Part shown: positions 51,838-62,484 of the stretch, piece by piece
Position numbering within the stretch: the stretch's first letter is position 1
How the letters are laid out: every line of letters begins with the position of its first letter
From: Neoconidiobolus thromboides FSU 785
Taxonomy: Eukaryota; Fungi; Entomophthoromycota
Length of the DNA: 64,000 bases
Reading direction: 5' to 3'
Assembly (NCBI GenBank): GCA_025603075.1
Contig: MU626372.1
Location: forward strand, 1 to 64,000
Notes under the pieces: generated by a model
Databases searched by the model: none
The model's input: only the letters and a program-made list of their open reading frames with translations
What the model was told of the DNA's origin: nothing
Translations under genes and position numbers: made by a program

Positions 51838-53202
51838 ATGTCGCTTTTATTATTTATTATAGCCTTTTTACTTCCCATAATTAACGCAGTAGTACCAAGA
51901 GTAACAGGTGGTGGATGTATAATAGTTGAAGATGAATTATATTATTTAGGGGGTTTTGTTTCGATGCCAAATGTAGGTGTATCTGAAATCAATAAAGAAA
52001 TGTACAAACTAAATTTAAGGAAAGGATTTAAAGTGAGCGGTAATACAGTAGAATGGGAAGAGTATAGTACAACAAATCCACCCAGAGTAGTACATGGTCC
52101 ATATATATTTTATTTTGGAAATAAGACCCTGGTAACTTTCCAAGCCGTTTCCGCAACCACACTTTCATTCGAGTATTTTGATATTGAAAAAAAGGAATGG
52201 TACAATGAATCCATAATTGAAGAATTATATGAATTGGATGGTAAACCTGATATTTCAATCGAAACAGGCGTTGATGGATATACTTATCATTTTTATATTT
52301 TACAAGATGAGAGCAATTTAAACAGGTTTTATATCTCTGGTTACTTAAATCGGGAACTACCATCGATGGGTATAAGATCATATGATATTCAATCAAAGCA
52401 GATGAAGCTGCTTTATGGCGTAAAAAAAGGCTATTATATTCATCAGTTATTTGTCAAAAACAATAAAGTGTATTTTTTGGAATACCCAAAAGAGAATGTA
52501 AATCATAATGGTTTTATTGATGTAATACATGAATTAGATCTAACAAACAATCAAGTGAAAAAGTATAGTGTTAAACTTAGAGATGGGTTTTATATATATG
52601 TTTTGAAAACGGACCACTCGACTCATCTTGTTATACGCGATTTTAAGCCCGAACCAAGTGTTTATGAAGTTCAATTTGAGCCATTAAACTTTAAAGAGTT
52701 AAATCAAACAAGCAGTGTAAACTATAACGGATGTTGCCTTACTATTTATAATAACCTTTTGATAAATTCATTTGGTTTTAATATATTGGGTGATAAAGAC
52801 GAAAATAAACTCCAAAGTACTAATGAAATCCGAGTGATAAATACAACTGATTGGAAACAGCTTGAAGGCTTACCTTCCTTAGAAAATGAACAGAATAACA
52901 ACAATATTCTTTCAAAAAGTAGTCATGATGGAAAAGTATTAATAGGATGTATTGTAGTTGAAATATGTGGAGTTATAATAATAGTAATAATTATAGTATT
53001 CAAACTGTATAAACGTAAATTAAAAAAAGAAGAGCCTCCAAGTCTTATTGTTGAGCCTATTATTATTGAGCCAGATGATCCATTCGATACTAAGATCACT
53101 TATTGTGATAGCGAAATTTTTACTTATTGCCAAGAAATTGATAATGGTGATACCATGTTACCTAAAAAACTTAAATTTGATTATGAGGAATACAAGGTAT
53201 AA
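51838..53202 (+). CDS. type I membrane protein with kelch-like/beta-propeller-like ectodomain
   Basis: Signal peptide; kelch-like start (GGGC..V..ELYYLGG); aromatic beta-rich repeats; TM helix ICGVIIIVIIIVF followed by KLYKRK. Confidence 0.75.
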   Translation: MSLLLFIIAFLLPIINAVVPRVTGGGCIIVEDELYYLGGFVSMPNVGVSEINKEMYKLNLRKGFKVSGNTVEWEEYSTTNPPRVVHGPYIFYFGNKTLVTFQAVSATTLSFEYFDIEKKEWYNESIIEELYELDGKPDISIETGVDGYTYHFYILQDESNLNRFYISGYLNRELPSMGIRSYDIQSKQMKLLYGVKKGYYIHQLFVKNNKVYFLEYPKENVNHNGFIDVIHELDLTNNQVKKYSVKLRDGFYIYVLKTDHSTHLVIRDFKPEPSVYEVQFEPLNFKELNQTSSVNYNGCCLTIYNNLLINSFGFNILGDKDENKLQSTNEIRVINTTDWKQLEGLPSLENEQNNNNILSKSSHDGKVLIGCIVVEICGVIIIVIIIVFKLYKRKLKKEEPPSLIVEPIIIEPDDPFDTKITYCDSEIFTYCQEIDNGDTMLPKKLKFDYEEYKV

Positions 53203-53471
53203 ATATATAAATAAATTTCTGTGCACTTAATATATCATTACTTCAATTATTAATTTACTATAGATTACACAAAATAAATATAGTTTATAATAGGCTATTT
53301 TTCAATCCAAGTCGGGTATAATGAAAAAACGACTATATGTATTATGTTTAATAATCCTGCTTATTTTAATCAAAAAGTACAAAATAAAATTAAAAATAAA
53401 GTTAAAACAGAATAAATTAAATTTTTTGTAAACATTTAACAATTTTTATATAAATGATAAAGTAGGAAGAG

Positions 53472-53549
53472 TTGAGAAATTTGCCCAATTACCAAGAAAT
53501 TCCGTAAGCTTGTGAGCTATTTTGCTGAGAGATTGGGCAAATTTCACAA
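53472..53549. repeat. 19-bp inverted repeat (one mismatch) with 42-nt spacer
   Basis: ttgagaaatttgcccaat ... attgggcaaatttcacaa. Confidence 0.7.
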
Positions 53550-54301
53550 TTACCCGCTTAAAGATATATTTTCGTTATTCCATGTTTTAAAATCCAGTTT
53601 GTAATTTTTAGTTAATTTTAAAAAACCAATGTTCTACTTTAATTCATTTGTAAAATTTAAAAATTCACTAAGACTTAACGTTTCGTTACTATTGAATTAG
53701 TATTAACTCAATTTACCAGTGCCAGGTAGTCATAAATAGTAATTGAGCTGTAGATACACCTTATTCTGAAAGCTCTATTTTTACAATCTAATTAAATTAA
53801 ATATGATTTTTAAAAAAGCATCATCTCACTTAAAATACGAAATGGCATAAATGGGCATTTTATGATGCAATATTAAAGTGAAGTGTCCAACTTTGATTAG
53901 TTTAAATAATTGAAAAGAATTAATGATAAGAAATCCAAACATGACAAAAATCGCTAATAATTCTATCATTTATTCTAGGTAAATAAATCGAACTCTTAAC
54001 CATTACAGTGTCATTTTATTAATAAAAAGTGTAATGACCCCTTCTTACAAGAAAAAAAGCTGAACCTCATAGCTATTATTTTATCGGAATAAAACCTGAT
54101 TGGATTGTTCTAAAAATAACTTTGGTCCATAATTGGCTCTAAACTTCACTGGGGTAGAATAGTGTGGAGTTAAGTCCGCGATAGCCAAATGAAACATTTC
54201 CAACCAATAAGCTTTCAATCAAAAAAAGTTGTAAAATAATATAAAAAGTATGGACTAGCTATAAGAATATCTTTTTTTTTAAAAAAATATAAGATAGAAA
54301 C

Positions 54302-55325
54302 ATGTCGCAAACCTATAACTTACGCCAGATCGGTGCTGCTAATACCGCCGAATACCGTCTCTATTATGGTAAGTAGTATTATTGATTTGTTTCTTAATTA
54401 TTCATTTTCAATTAATAGAGGAAAATGGTACTATAATTTCACCATTCCATGACATTCCGCTTTATGCTGATGAAGCTAAAGGTATCTTCAACATGGTCGT
54501 TGAGATCCCTCGTTGGACCAATGCCAAGCAAGAAGTAAGTTTAATGATTTATTAGTAAGAATTAGGTTAATATTTTTAGATTGCTACTGGGGAACCTTTC
54601 AACCCAATTAAACAGGATATTAAAAAAGGTAAACCACGTTTTGTAAGAAACTGCTTCCCACACCATGGTTATATCTGGAACTATGGCTGTATCCCACAAG
54701 TAAATTTAAATCTCTTCTAATTGGCTATAATTTATTTATATTCTAGACTTGGGAAGACCCTAACTTTAGTCACCCAGATACCAAAGCACGTGGTGACAAT
54801 GATCCAATTGATGTGTGTGAAATTGGAGAACAAGTCGCATACCCAGGTCAAATCAAACAAGTTAAAATTTTAGGTACACTTGCTTTGTTAGATGAAGGAG
54901 AAACAGATTGGAAAGTTATTGTAATTGATATCAATGATCCTTTGGCTTCAAGGCTTAATGACATTGAAGATGTTGAACGTCACCTTCCAGGTCTTTTAAG
55001 AGCCACTGTTGAATGGTTCCGTATTTACAAAATCCCAGATGGTAAACCAGAAAATCAGTTTGCTTTCTCAGGAGAAGCCAAGAATAAGAAATACGCTACT
55101 GAAATCGTACTTGAAACCCATCATCACTGGAAGAATTTAGTTAATGGTACTACACCTGCTAAATCAGCCTCTTATGACCTGTCAATTGTTAATTCAACTT
55201 TGGAGAATAAAGTCAGTAAAGACGATGCTGTTTATCAAAGCGTACCACAAGAAAATGTTAAACCTGCTGCGTCTATTGATCCTTCCGTTGATAAATGGTT
55301 CTTTATCTCCGGCTCTTCAGTCTAA
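54302..55325 (+). CDS. IPP1: inorganic pyrophosphatase (family I), 4 exons
   Basis: [34 protein letters not shown] and DEGETDWK motifs across three GT-AG introns. Confidence 0.93.
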
Positions 55326-55443
55326 TCGAATTTAAAATATAATTATAAAGAAATATAAAAAATTTAAAAATGACTTACTAAGTTTAATATGCGAAAGTTT
55401 TATTATAATAAAGTTGATTTGAATTCAAACTGTCAATAATAGT

Positions 55444-55542
55444 GAGGATGTATTTTTGTGTTTAACAATTTTACTAACAATTCTTCCGCTCAAATAGCGC
55501 TTAAAAAATGGAAAAAATAATGAAACCGAAAAAAACATCTCC
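55444..55542 (+). mobile_element. MITE family copy
   Basis: Consensus match; lies between the two pyrophosphatase genes. Confidence 0.85.
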
Positions 55543-55987
55543 AGTATAGTAATATAGTATATAGTAATATAGTAAGATTGGTTAATAAATTGTTTAAACT
55601 TAGAATGACTATTAATTATAAAGCTAATTAACAAAATTATTTATTATGCTAGAATTTAATGCCTCTGATCAAAAAAATATTCTATCTCTTGGGATATATA
55701 TAAAGAGCAATCTTATTATCAAAATAAACATTGATTAAACATTTGAATTGACTTTATTAAATATTCTTACACTCTCAAGCTAAATTAATCGTCCCATTAT
55801 TGACTATAATATTTAACAATTAGTAGTGTCTTTGAATTTATCCATCATCACCCAATCATAGTTGACTATAAAAAGTATTTAAGCATTTGAAAATAAAACC
55901 AAAGCTTAAATTCCAAAGTAAGAAAAACATAACAAAGAGTTCTATTTATTAATTAATTTTGAAGTGTTTAAACAAACAATAAGAAAG

Positions 55988-57017
55988 ATGAGCAGTTATC
56001 AACTTCGTCAGGTAGGCTCAAAATACTCTAAGGATTTCAAGTTATATTTAGGTAACAAAAATTTATTGATTTCAATAATATGAATAAGTACAATTCAATA
56101 TTTGAATAATAGAAAAAGATAGCAAACCCATTTCTTTTTTCCATGATGTACCAATGAGACCAAATAAAGGTGATGATTATGTATTCAATATGGTTGTAGA
56201 AATCCCTAGATTTTCAAATGCAAAAGCAGAGGTAATTATAAGTTACAGCTTCAAGTAGATTTTTTATCAATAAGGTTAATAGATTGCTACTAAGAGTGAG
56301 TTGAACCCAATAAAATACGATGTAAAAAAAGACAAAGTACGCTTTGTAAAAAATCAATTCCCTTATAAAGGATACCTTTGGAACTACGGTGCTATTCCTC
56401 AAGTAAGCTTAATATAACAATATATAAAATAATATCTTTAATTTTAATAGACTTGGGAAGACCCAGAATATATTAACCCAGATACTAAATGTAAAGGAGA
56501 TAATGACCCAGTAGATGTATGTGAAATAGGAACTCGAGTAGCTAGTATAGGTGAAATTAAACAAGTAAAGTTGATCGGTACTCTAGCCATGTTAGACGAA
56601 GGAGAAACAGACTGGAAGATGTTATGTATTGATATTAACGATCCAAAAGCCAATTTAATTAACGATATTGAAGATGTTGAAACCCAATTTCCAGGCTTAT
56701 TAAATGCTACTTTAGATTGGTTTAAATATTACAAAGTACCAGATGGTAAACCTAAGAATAAGTTTGCTTTTAATGAAAAGTTTTTAAATAAAAAGTACGC
56801 CTTAAGTGTTATCAATGAAACTCATCATCATTGGTCAAACTTAATCAAAAGTAAAGCCCCATATGACCACCTTCATACTAGAAACTCTACCTTACATGGT
56901 ACACCTCATTATAAAAAAGATATTTCTGATATACCAAATCAAGATGTAAAACCCGATCATCCTATTTCAAAAGACGTTGATGACTGGTACTTTATTAACA
57001 AGAATTCGAAATTATAA
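55988..57017 (+). CDS. second inorganic pyrophosphatase (tandem paralog), 4 exons
   Basis: [38 protein letters not shown] and DEGETDWK; introns at the same positions as the upstream copy. Confidence 0.9.
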
Positions 57018-57081
57018 ATAAAAATTCAAAAGGCTTTTAATGAAATTAGATTTAACATGCACTTTATTTCAATGAAAATGT

Positions 57082-57337
57082 TTATTTAGCTGATGGAGTA
57101 TGCTTTGAGTGTGAGTCATCCATTCTGCCTTTGTAAAAAGAATACTAGTAAAAATTAATAACTAATAACATTGTTAAAATAAATCATTACCAAAAGCATC
57201 ATACCAACAGTAAGTCCCGAGCCCATGGCCATGGACTTCATGTCGTATTTTCCAAAATTATCGGTAGTAGAAGTGTAGCCCCTTTTAAATAATTTTAAAT
57301 TAAACGGTTTAAAGCCATTAGTCGATAGCAAACTCAT
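57082..57337 (-). CDS. putative ~69-aa single-TM microprotein with mitochondrial presequence-like N-terminus, 2 exons
   Basis: MSLLSTNGFKPFNLKLFKRGYTS...; a 46-nt GTAATG...TACTAG intron gives the tail YSFYKGRMDDSHSKHTPSAK*. Confidence 0.45.
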
Positions 57338-57760
57338 TTTTTGAAATATCTCTTCTTTAAGTCACCCTTTTTATTTTTATAGTTTTTGGAGCTGCTCAGG
57401 ATGATATCAACTTGAGTTCAATTTTAAGTCATGCAAAGCTCATAGTTAAATGCTGATTTTTATTTCATCGAGATCATTATTTATATTAATCATTAGCTTA
57501 TGAATATACTGGACTTTAATAATAAAATAAAACTCCAACTTATAAATATTTATTATATTTTTGAATAATTTTAATATTCCAACCTAAAAACCCACAGCAT
57601 TTAGTTAAACGAATAAAAACGCTTAAAATCCAAAAATCATACCTATTAATAGGCTATTTTCTAAAGCACCAAAGTATCAACGTCATCTAAATACTGCTTA
57701 CAAACTATAACTAAGTAATTTGCTCAAATTTGGTTTTTATCTTATACTTATCAAATCAAC

Positions 57761-58733
57761 ATGTATGCCTCACGTTCCGAATATGATCGAGGAGTGAACA
57801 CCTTCTCCCCAGAAGGACGTTTATTTCAAGTTGAATATGCCTTAGAAGCCATTAAAGTAAGTTACTTATTTATTAGAGAAATACTTGTTAAACAATTGTA
57901 ATTTTTTACTAGCTTGGTTCTACGGCCGTCGGCCTTGAAACTTCTGAAGGCGTAGTTTTAGTAGTTGAGAAAAGAATTACTTCAAAACTGTTAGAACCTA
58001 GTTCAGTAGAAAAGATTTTAGAGATTGATGAGCACATTGCTACCACTTTCTCAGGATTAACTGCAGATTCTAGAACCATTATCAATCATGCTAGAGTTGA
58101 AGCCCAAGTAAATAATTCTATACTTTTATTAAGTTGATATTAATTACAGACTTAGAATCACACTTTTACTTATAACGAAAAGATTAAAGTTGAATCAGTG
58201 ACTCAGGCAATTTCAGATTTAGCGTTGAGGTTTGGAGAAATTGAAGATTCTGCGGCCATTATGGTAAGATGATTTTAGAAATATCATATTATATTTTAAT
58301 ATTCATCAGTCACGTCCCTTTGGTGTTGCTACTTTAATAGCTGGTGTAGATGAAGTTGGACCTCAATTGTAAGAAAATCTAATCTTTTCAAAGAAACATG
58401 ACTAATCATTTAGATATTATTGTGATCCTTCTGGTACATTTTCAAGATATTCAGCCAAAGCAATTGGGTCCGGATCTGAAGGTGCACAAAGTGAATTGAA
58501 GGAATTATATAATAGTGTAAGCTAATTCAAATAATATAATTAAATATGGATGATAATGATCAAACTAGAATTTAACCTTAGAAGAAGCAGGTATTATGGC
58601 TCTCAAAGTAGTTAAGCAAGTGATGGAAGAAACACTTACAATTAAAAATGTACAAGCAGCTATTGTTACTAAGGAAAAGGGATTCCATATCCTTGATACT
58701 CAAGAGTTGCAAAACTGGCTCGCTCATTTATAA
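57761..58733 (+). CDS. PUP2: 20S proteasome subunit alpha-5, 6 exons
   Basis: [34 protein letters not shown] and [12 protein letters not shown] motifs joined by five GT-AG introns. Confidence 0.95.
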
Positions 58734-59011
58734 ATAATGGATTAAAGTACCATTTTTTTGTTCTTTTAAGGTATTTTTTGTTTTTTTCTTAATATTTTCT
58801 ACCATTGTTTTATAAAATTGTTAATTTAATTTTAATTTTAATTTAAATTAGCATGATTCAAATGATTTATCAAGTAATTAAATTGATAGATAAATGATTT
58901 TAAAGATAAATATCTACAAAAGAGTATAAAAGTAATCAAAATCCTTTGAAAAGCTTTATCAAGCATTTAACTGTTTATTGACTAAACAATTATTCAATTT
59001 TTAATTACAAA

Positions 59012-59482
59012 ATGATTTTCAATACCTTAGTTTCCTTATCCCTTTTAGCTTCTGTTTTTGCTGTTTCTCCTCAGCTCCCTTCCCAAGCCCAATCTGGTAT
59101 TCACCGTAGAGCTATGCCCATTAATCCTCAACTTGCTCAATCTGGTATTCACCGTAGAGCTATGCCCATTAATCCTCAACTTGCCCAATCTGGTATTCAC
59201 CGTAGAGCTATGCCCATTAATCCTCAACTTGCTCAATCCGGTATTCATCGTCGTTGCGACGGTTTTGGTGGATGGGGAGGTTTTGGCGGATGGGGAGGTT
59301 GTGGTGGATGTGGCTTTTTCCCATTTGTCGTACAAGATTTCAATGCAGTCAACGACAATAACTTCTGTGTCAATGATTTTTGCCAAAATACTGAAGCAGC
59401 TGTATTTTGCGATAGTGTTAATTGCTTCGATCAAAATTGTTGCAACTTTAATGCAGTCAATGAAAACCTCATTATTGCTTAA
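59012..59482 (+). CDS. secreted tandem-repeat precursor (4 x ...QSGIHRR, three identical AMPINPQLAQSGIHRR) plus Cys/Gly/Asn-rich tail
   Basis: Signal peptide; 48-bp coding repeats; paralog of 29615 and 60622. Confidence 0.9.
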   Translation: MIFNTLVSLSLLASVFAVSPQLPSQAQSGIHRRAMPINPQLAQSGIHRRAMPINPQLAQSGIHRRAMPINPQLAQSGIHRRCDGFGGWGGFGGWGGCGGCGFFPFVVQDFNAVNDNNFCVNDFCQNTEAAVFCDSVNCFDQNCCNFNAVNENLIIA

Positions 59483-59903
59483 AGTAGTCAATATTTAATT
59501 GTTTTTGATGTAGCTTAATTGATTTAAGTTTCATTTTTATTCAATAAAATAGGTTTGATAGTATTTTAGATTTTAAAAACCTTTATTTTTTTATTTATAA
59601 TATCCTTAAATCAAAATGAAATTAGGACTATCTATAGGGGTGAATTTATTACAAAAATCAAGTCAGTGTAAGCATAAAAACCAGAGCTTTCTACTATCAT
59701 ATGATATTTACTTACAACACTTTTCATCTAGATCTATGAATTATCACCGTATAATGATGTAGGGAATTCTATAAAACTAGCTATTTTTCAAAGGTTTATT
59801 AATGTCTTTAGACTATTTTATTTAATAGCTTTTATTGTTATGTTGTATTATTTTTTACATAAAAATAATAGAGAATACCATCATATAAATATCATTTAAT
59901 ATA

Positions 59904-60002
59904 AGAGGTTATTTTTTTGGTTTCATCACTTTTTCCATTTTTTAAGCGCTATTTGAGTGAAAAAATTGTTAGTAAAATTCTTAAACAAAAAAATATGTCT
60001 CT
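59904..60002 (-). mobile_element. MITE family copy
   Basis: Reverse-orientation consensus match; termini worn. Confidence 0.8.
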
Positions 60003-60485
60003 ATTTTTATTGAATTGTAAATAATTTTATAAACAATTTTAAAATATTTGCTTAATTCCAAACTTAAGATAGTAAACATTATATGAAAAATTTTGTAAGG
60101 ATTGTCTCTTGTGTGGTAATACCCTATCTATTAAAACTTTGAATAATTCTATGTAAAGTTTAATAATTCTTAAAAGGCATTATGATATATTAAAATATAT
60201 CGTCTCAAGAAATTATATCTAAAAAGGGACTTAATAATCGTTTTAATTTAGTGGCCCTCCTTTATCCTGATCTCCAACATCAAATTTACCTAGGTTTAGA
60301 TGTGCTTAAACAATTTACATGGGCTTTAAAGTTGATATCTATCTATAAATAATAGAAAAAAATAAGACTCTTTGAACTAATATTATTACGATTCTTTATT
60401 GATCACCAAGATTAATCAAAACAGTGATACTGAAGATAAATTAAATAGAATCTTAGTGATTGATCTATGCAAAAAGCAATTAAAC

Positions 60486-60621
60486 TGATAACTATTGATT
60501 CTAGTGATAAATTAAAATTTTGAGTAAATATAAAAAGCAATTCAGATTCATTCAAAAAACAATATCAAATATTTGACTGTTTATTGACTAAACATTTATC
60601 CAACACTTTCAAACTATAAAA
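60486..60621 (+). promoter_or_regulatory. conserved promoter/5'UTR of IHRR-repeat gene
   Basis: GATAA at 60487 and 60506, TATAAAA at 60529; nearly identical 5'UTR to the 30134-30225 copy. Confidence 0.6.
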
Positions 60622-61062
60622 ATGATTTTCAACACCTTAGTTTCCTTATCTCTTTTAGCTACTGCTTTTGCTGCTCCACCTCAACGTCCTTCTCAAGCTC
60701 AATCTGGTATCCATCGTAGAGCTTCACCAGCTTCACCAGCTTACCCACAAATGGCTCAATCCGGAATCCATCGTAGAGCTGTACCATCTTATCCACAATC
60801 TGCTCAATCTGGTATCCATCGTCGTTGTGATGGCTTTGGTGGATGGGGAGGATGTGGTGGATGGGGAGGATGGGGAGGATGTGGTGGATGTGGTTTTTTC
60901 CCATTCATTGTACAAGACTTTAATGCAGTCAACGATAATAACTTCTGTGTTAGTGATTTCAACCGTAACACCGAAGCAGCTGTATTCTGTGATAATATCA
61001 ATGACTTTAATGCAGCATCTAATTGCTTTAATGCAGTTAACGAAAATCTTATCATTGCTTAA
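60622..61062 (+). CDS. secreted tandem-repeat precursor (3 x ...QSGIHRR) plus Cys/Gly/Asn-rich tail
   Basis: Signal peptide, RR-terminated repeats, GGWGGCGG tract, FNAVND...FNAVNENLIIA. Confidence 0.9.
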   Translation: MIFNTLVSLSLLATAFAAPPQRPSQAQSGIHRRASPASPAYPQMAQSGIHRRAVPSYPQSAQSGIHRRCDGFGGWGGCGGWGGWGGCGGCGFFPFIVQDFNAVNDNNFCVSDFNRNTEAAVFCDNINDFNAASNCFNAVNENLIIA

Positions 61063-61395
61063 GGGATATAGTTGTTTGAGTTATTTTTAGTATAGCTTAA
61101 TTGACTTAGGTTATATTTCATTCAATAAAATGAGTTTGACAGTAGTTTTTTTAAGATATATTTGACATGTTTCTATAATATTTACAACTATTTTTAAAAG
61201 GCTTTGATACAAAATATAAATGACTATAACTTATTAGTATTTTATCTAATGTGTAACAAATGATAACTATTGGTCCTAATGATGAATTAAAATTTTGAGT
61301 GAGTGCAAAAAAGCAACTCAGATTCATTCAAAAAATAGTATCAAATATTTGACTGTTTATTAACTAAACAAATTTCAATACTTTTAAGCTATAAA

Positions 61396-61530
61396 ATTAA
61401 TTTCAAATACTTTAGTTTCCCAACTTCTTTTAACAGCTACTTTTATTGCCTCTCCTTAGCCTCTCTCAAGCTCAATCTGGTATCCACCATAGAGAGCTAC
61501 TCTAACTGCCTCAGCCTATCTACAGAAAGC
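61396..61530 (+). pseudogene. truncated relic of the IHRR-repeat gene family
   Basis: Upstream region homologous to 60486-60621; ATG changed to ATT; residual gctcaatctggtatccaccatag repeat; premature TAG; tail lost. Confidence 0.8.
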
Positions 61531-61646
61531 TATAAGCTAGATTTCTTAAAATAAATCAAAGATATATCCATGTAATCTAACAGATACGCTAATAATTTTA
61601 ACACTTATAACATCCATCTATTTATATTGCAGGTAGCTTAACATAT

Positions 61647-61743
61647 GGGAATATGTTTTTATATTCAAGAAGTTCACTAATTTTTTCGCTTAAATATTGC
61701 TTAAAAGATATAAAAAGTGACTAACCCAAAAAAAAATCCCCTC
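61647..61743 (+). mobile_element. MITE family copy (diverged)
   Basis: GGGAATATG...AAATCCCCTC. Confidence 0.7.
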
Positions 61744-62111
61744 ATACTATATAAATATTATGATTCATTCACGTTAATTTTAACAACTATTTATAGCAAC
61801 CCAGAGTTTATGAAATTTTATAATAAAGATACTAAAATTTACTATTAATGACAACAAACTTAATTAAGCAATATGTAAAGTTAATGCTTTGAAAGAAATA
61901 ATAAATAAATACCAATAGATACTAATAAATACCATTATTATTAACTATAGCTTCAGTATATTCTTTTGGTCAATATAAAAGTTTCAGATTTAATACAACT
62001 AAAAATTAATACAACTATTTAAAAATGATCAGTAATAATAAAATACTAATATTATAATCTATTACTAAAAATAAATAAAAACTAGAAACGAGCAAATCGA
62101 AATTATTATAT

Positions 62112-62183
62112 GGGGATGTATTTTTATGCTCAAATAATGCTTAAAAAAGTGGAAAAGTGATGAAGTCAAAAAAAAACATCCCC
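62112..62183 (+). mobile_element. internally deleted MITE copy (72 bp)
   Basis: Perfect GGGGATGT/ACATCCCC termini; ATAT/ATAT flanks; ~25 bp internal deletion. Confidence 0.85.
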
Positions 62184-62363
62184 ATATAATATTTATTTAA
62201 TAACTCAACTATTTTATTAAGATTTAATAAAAGCAAAAATAAAAATAAATATTTGTTAGATAATATATGTACTAATAAAATCAAAAAAATAACATGCAAT
62301 AAATATTTCAATAATTTTAAAAATAAAATGATAACTAGCTTAATATTTATTTGTTCAAGGATT

Positions 62364-62432
62364 GTACTAGCAATCTTTCCGCTCAAATAGCATTTAAAAA
62401 ACGGAAAAATAATGAAACTAAAAAACACCTTC
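62364..62432 (+). mobile_element. 5'-truncated MITE copy
   Basis: Only the 3' two-thirds of the consensus is present. Confidence 0.7.
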
Positions 62433-62484
62433 ATGTATTGAACAATTTTAAAAATATAGTAAGAAAAACAGATTTACATAATAT

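Noticed and set aside
59108-59252. Near-perfect 48-bp direct repeats as a CRISPR-like array
   Set aside because: No spacers; repeats are in-frame coding units of a eukaryotic secreted protein
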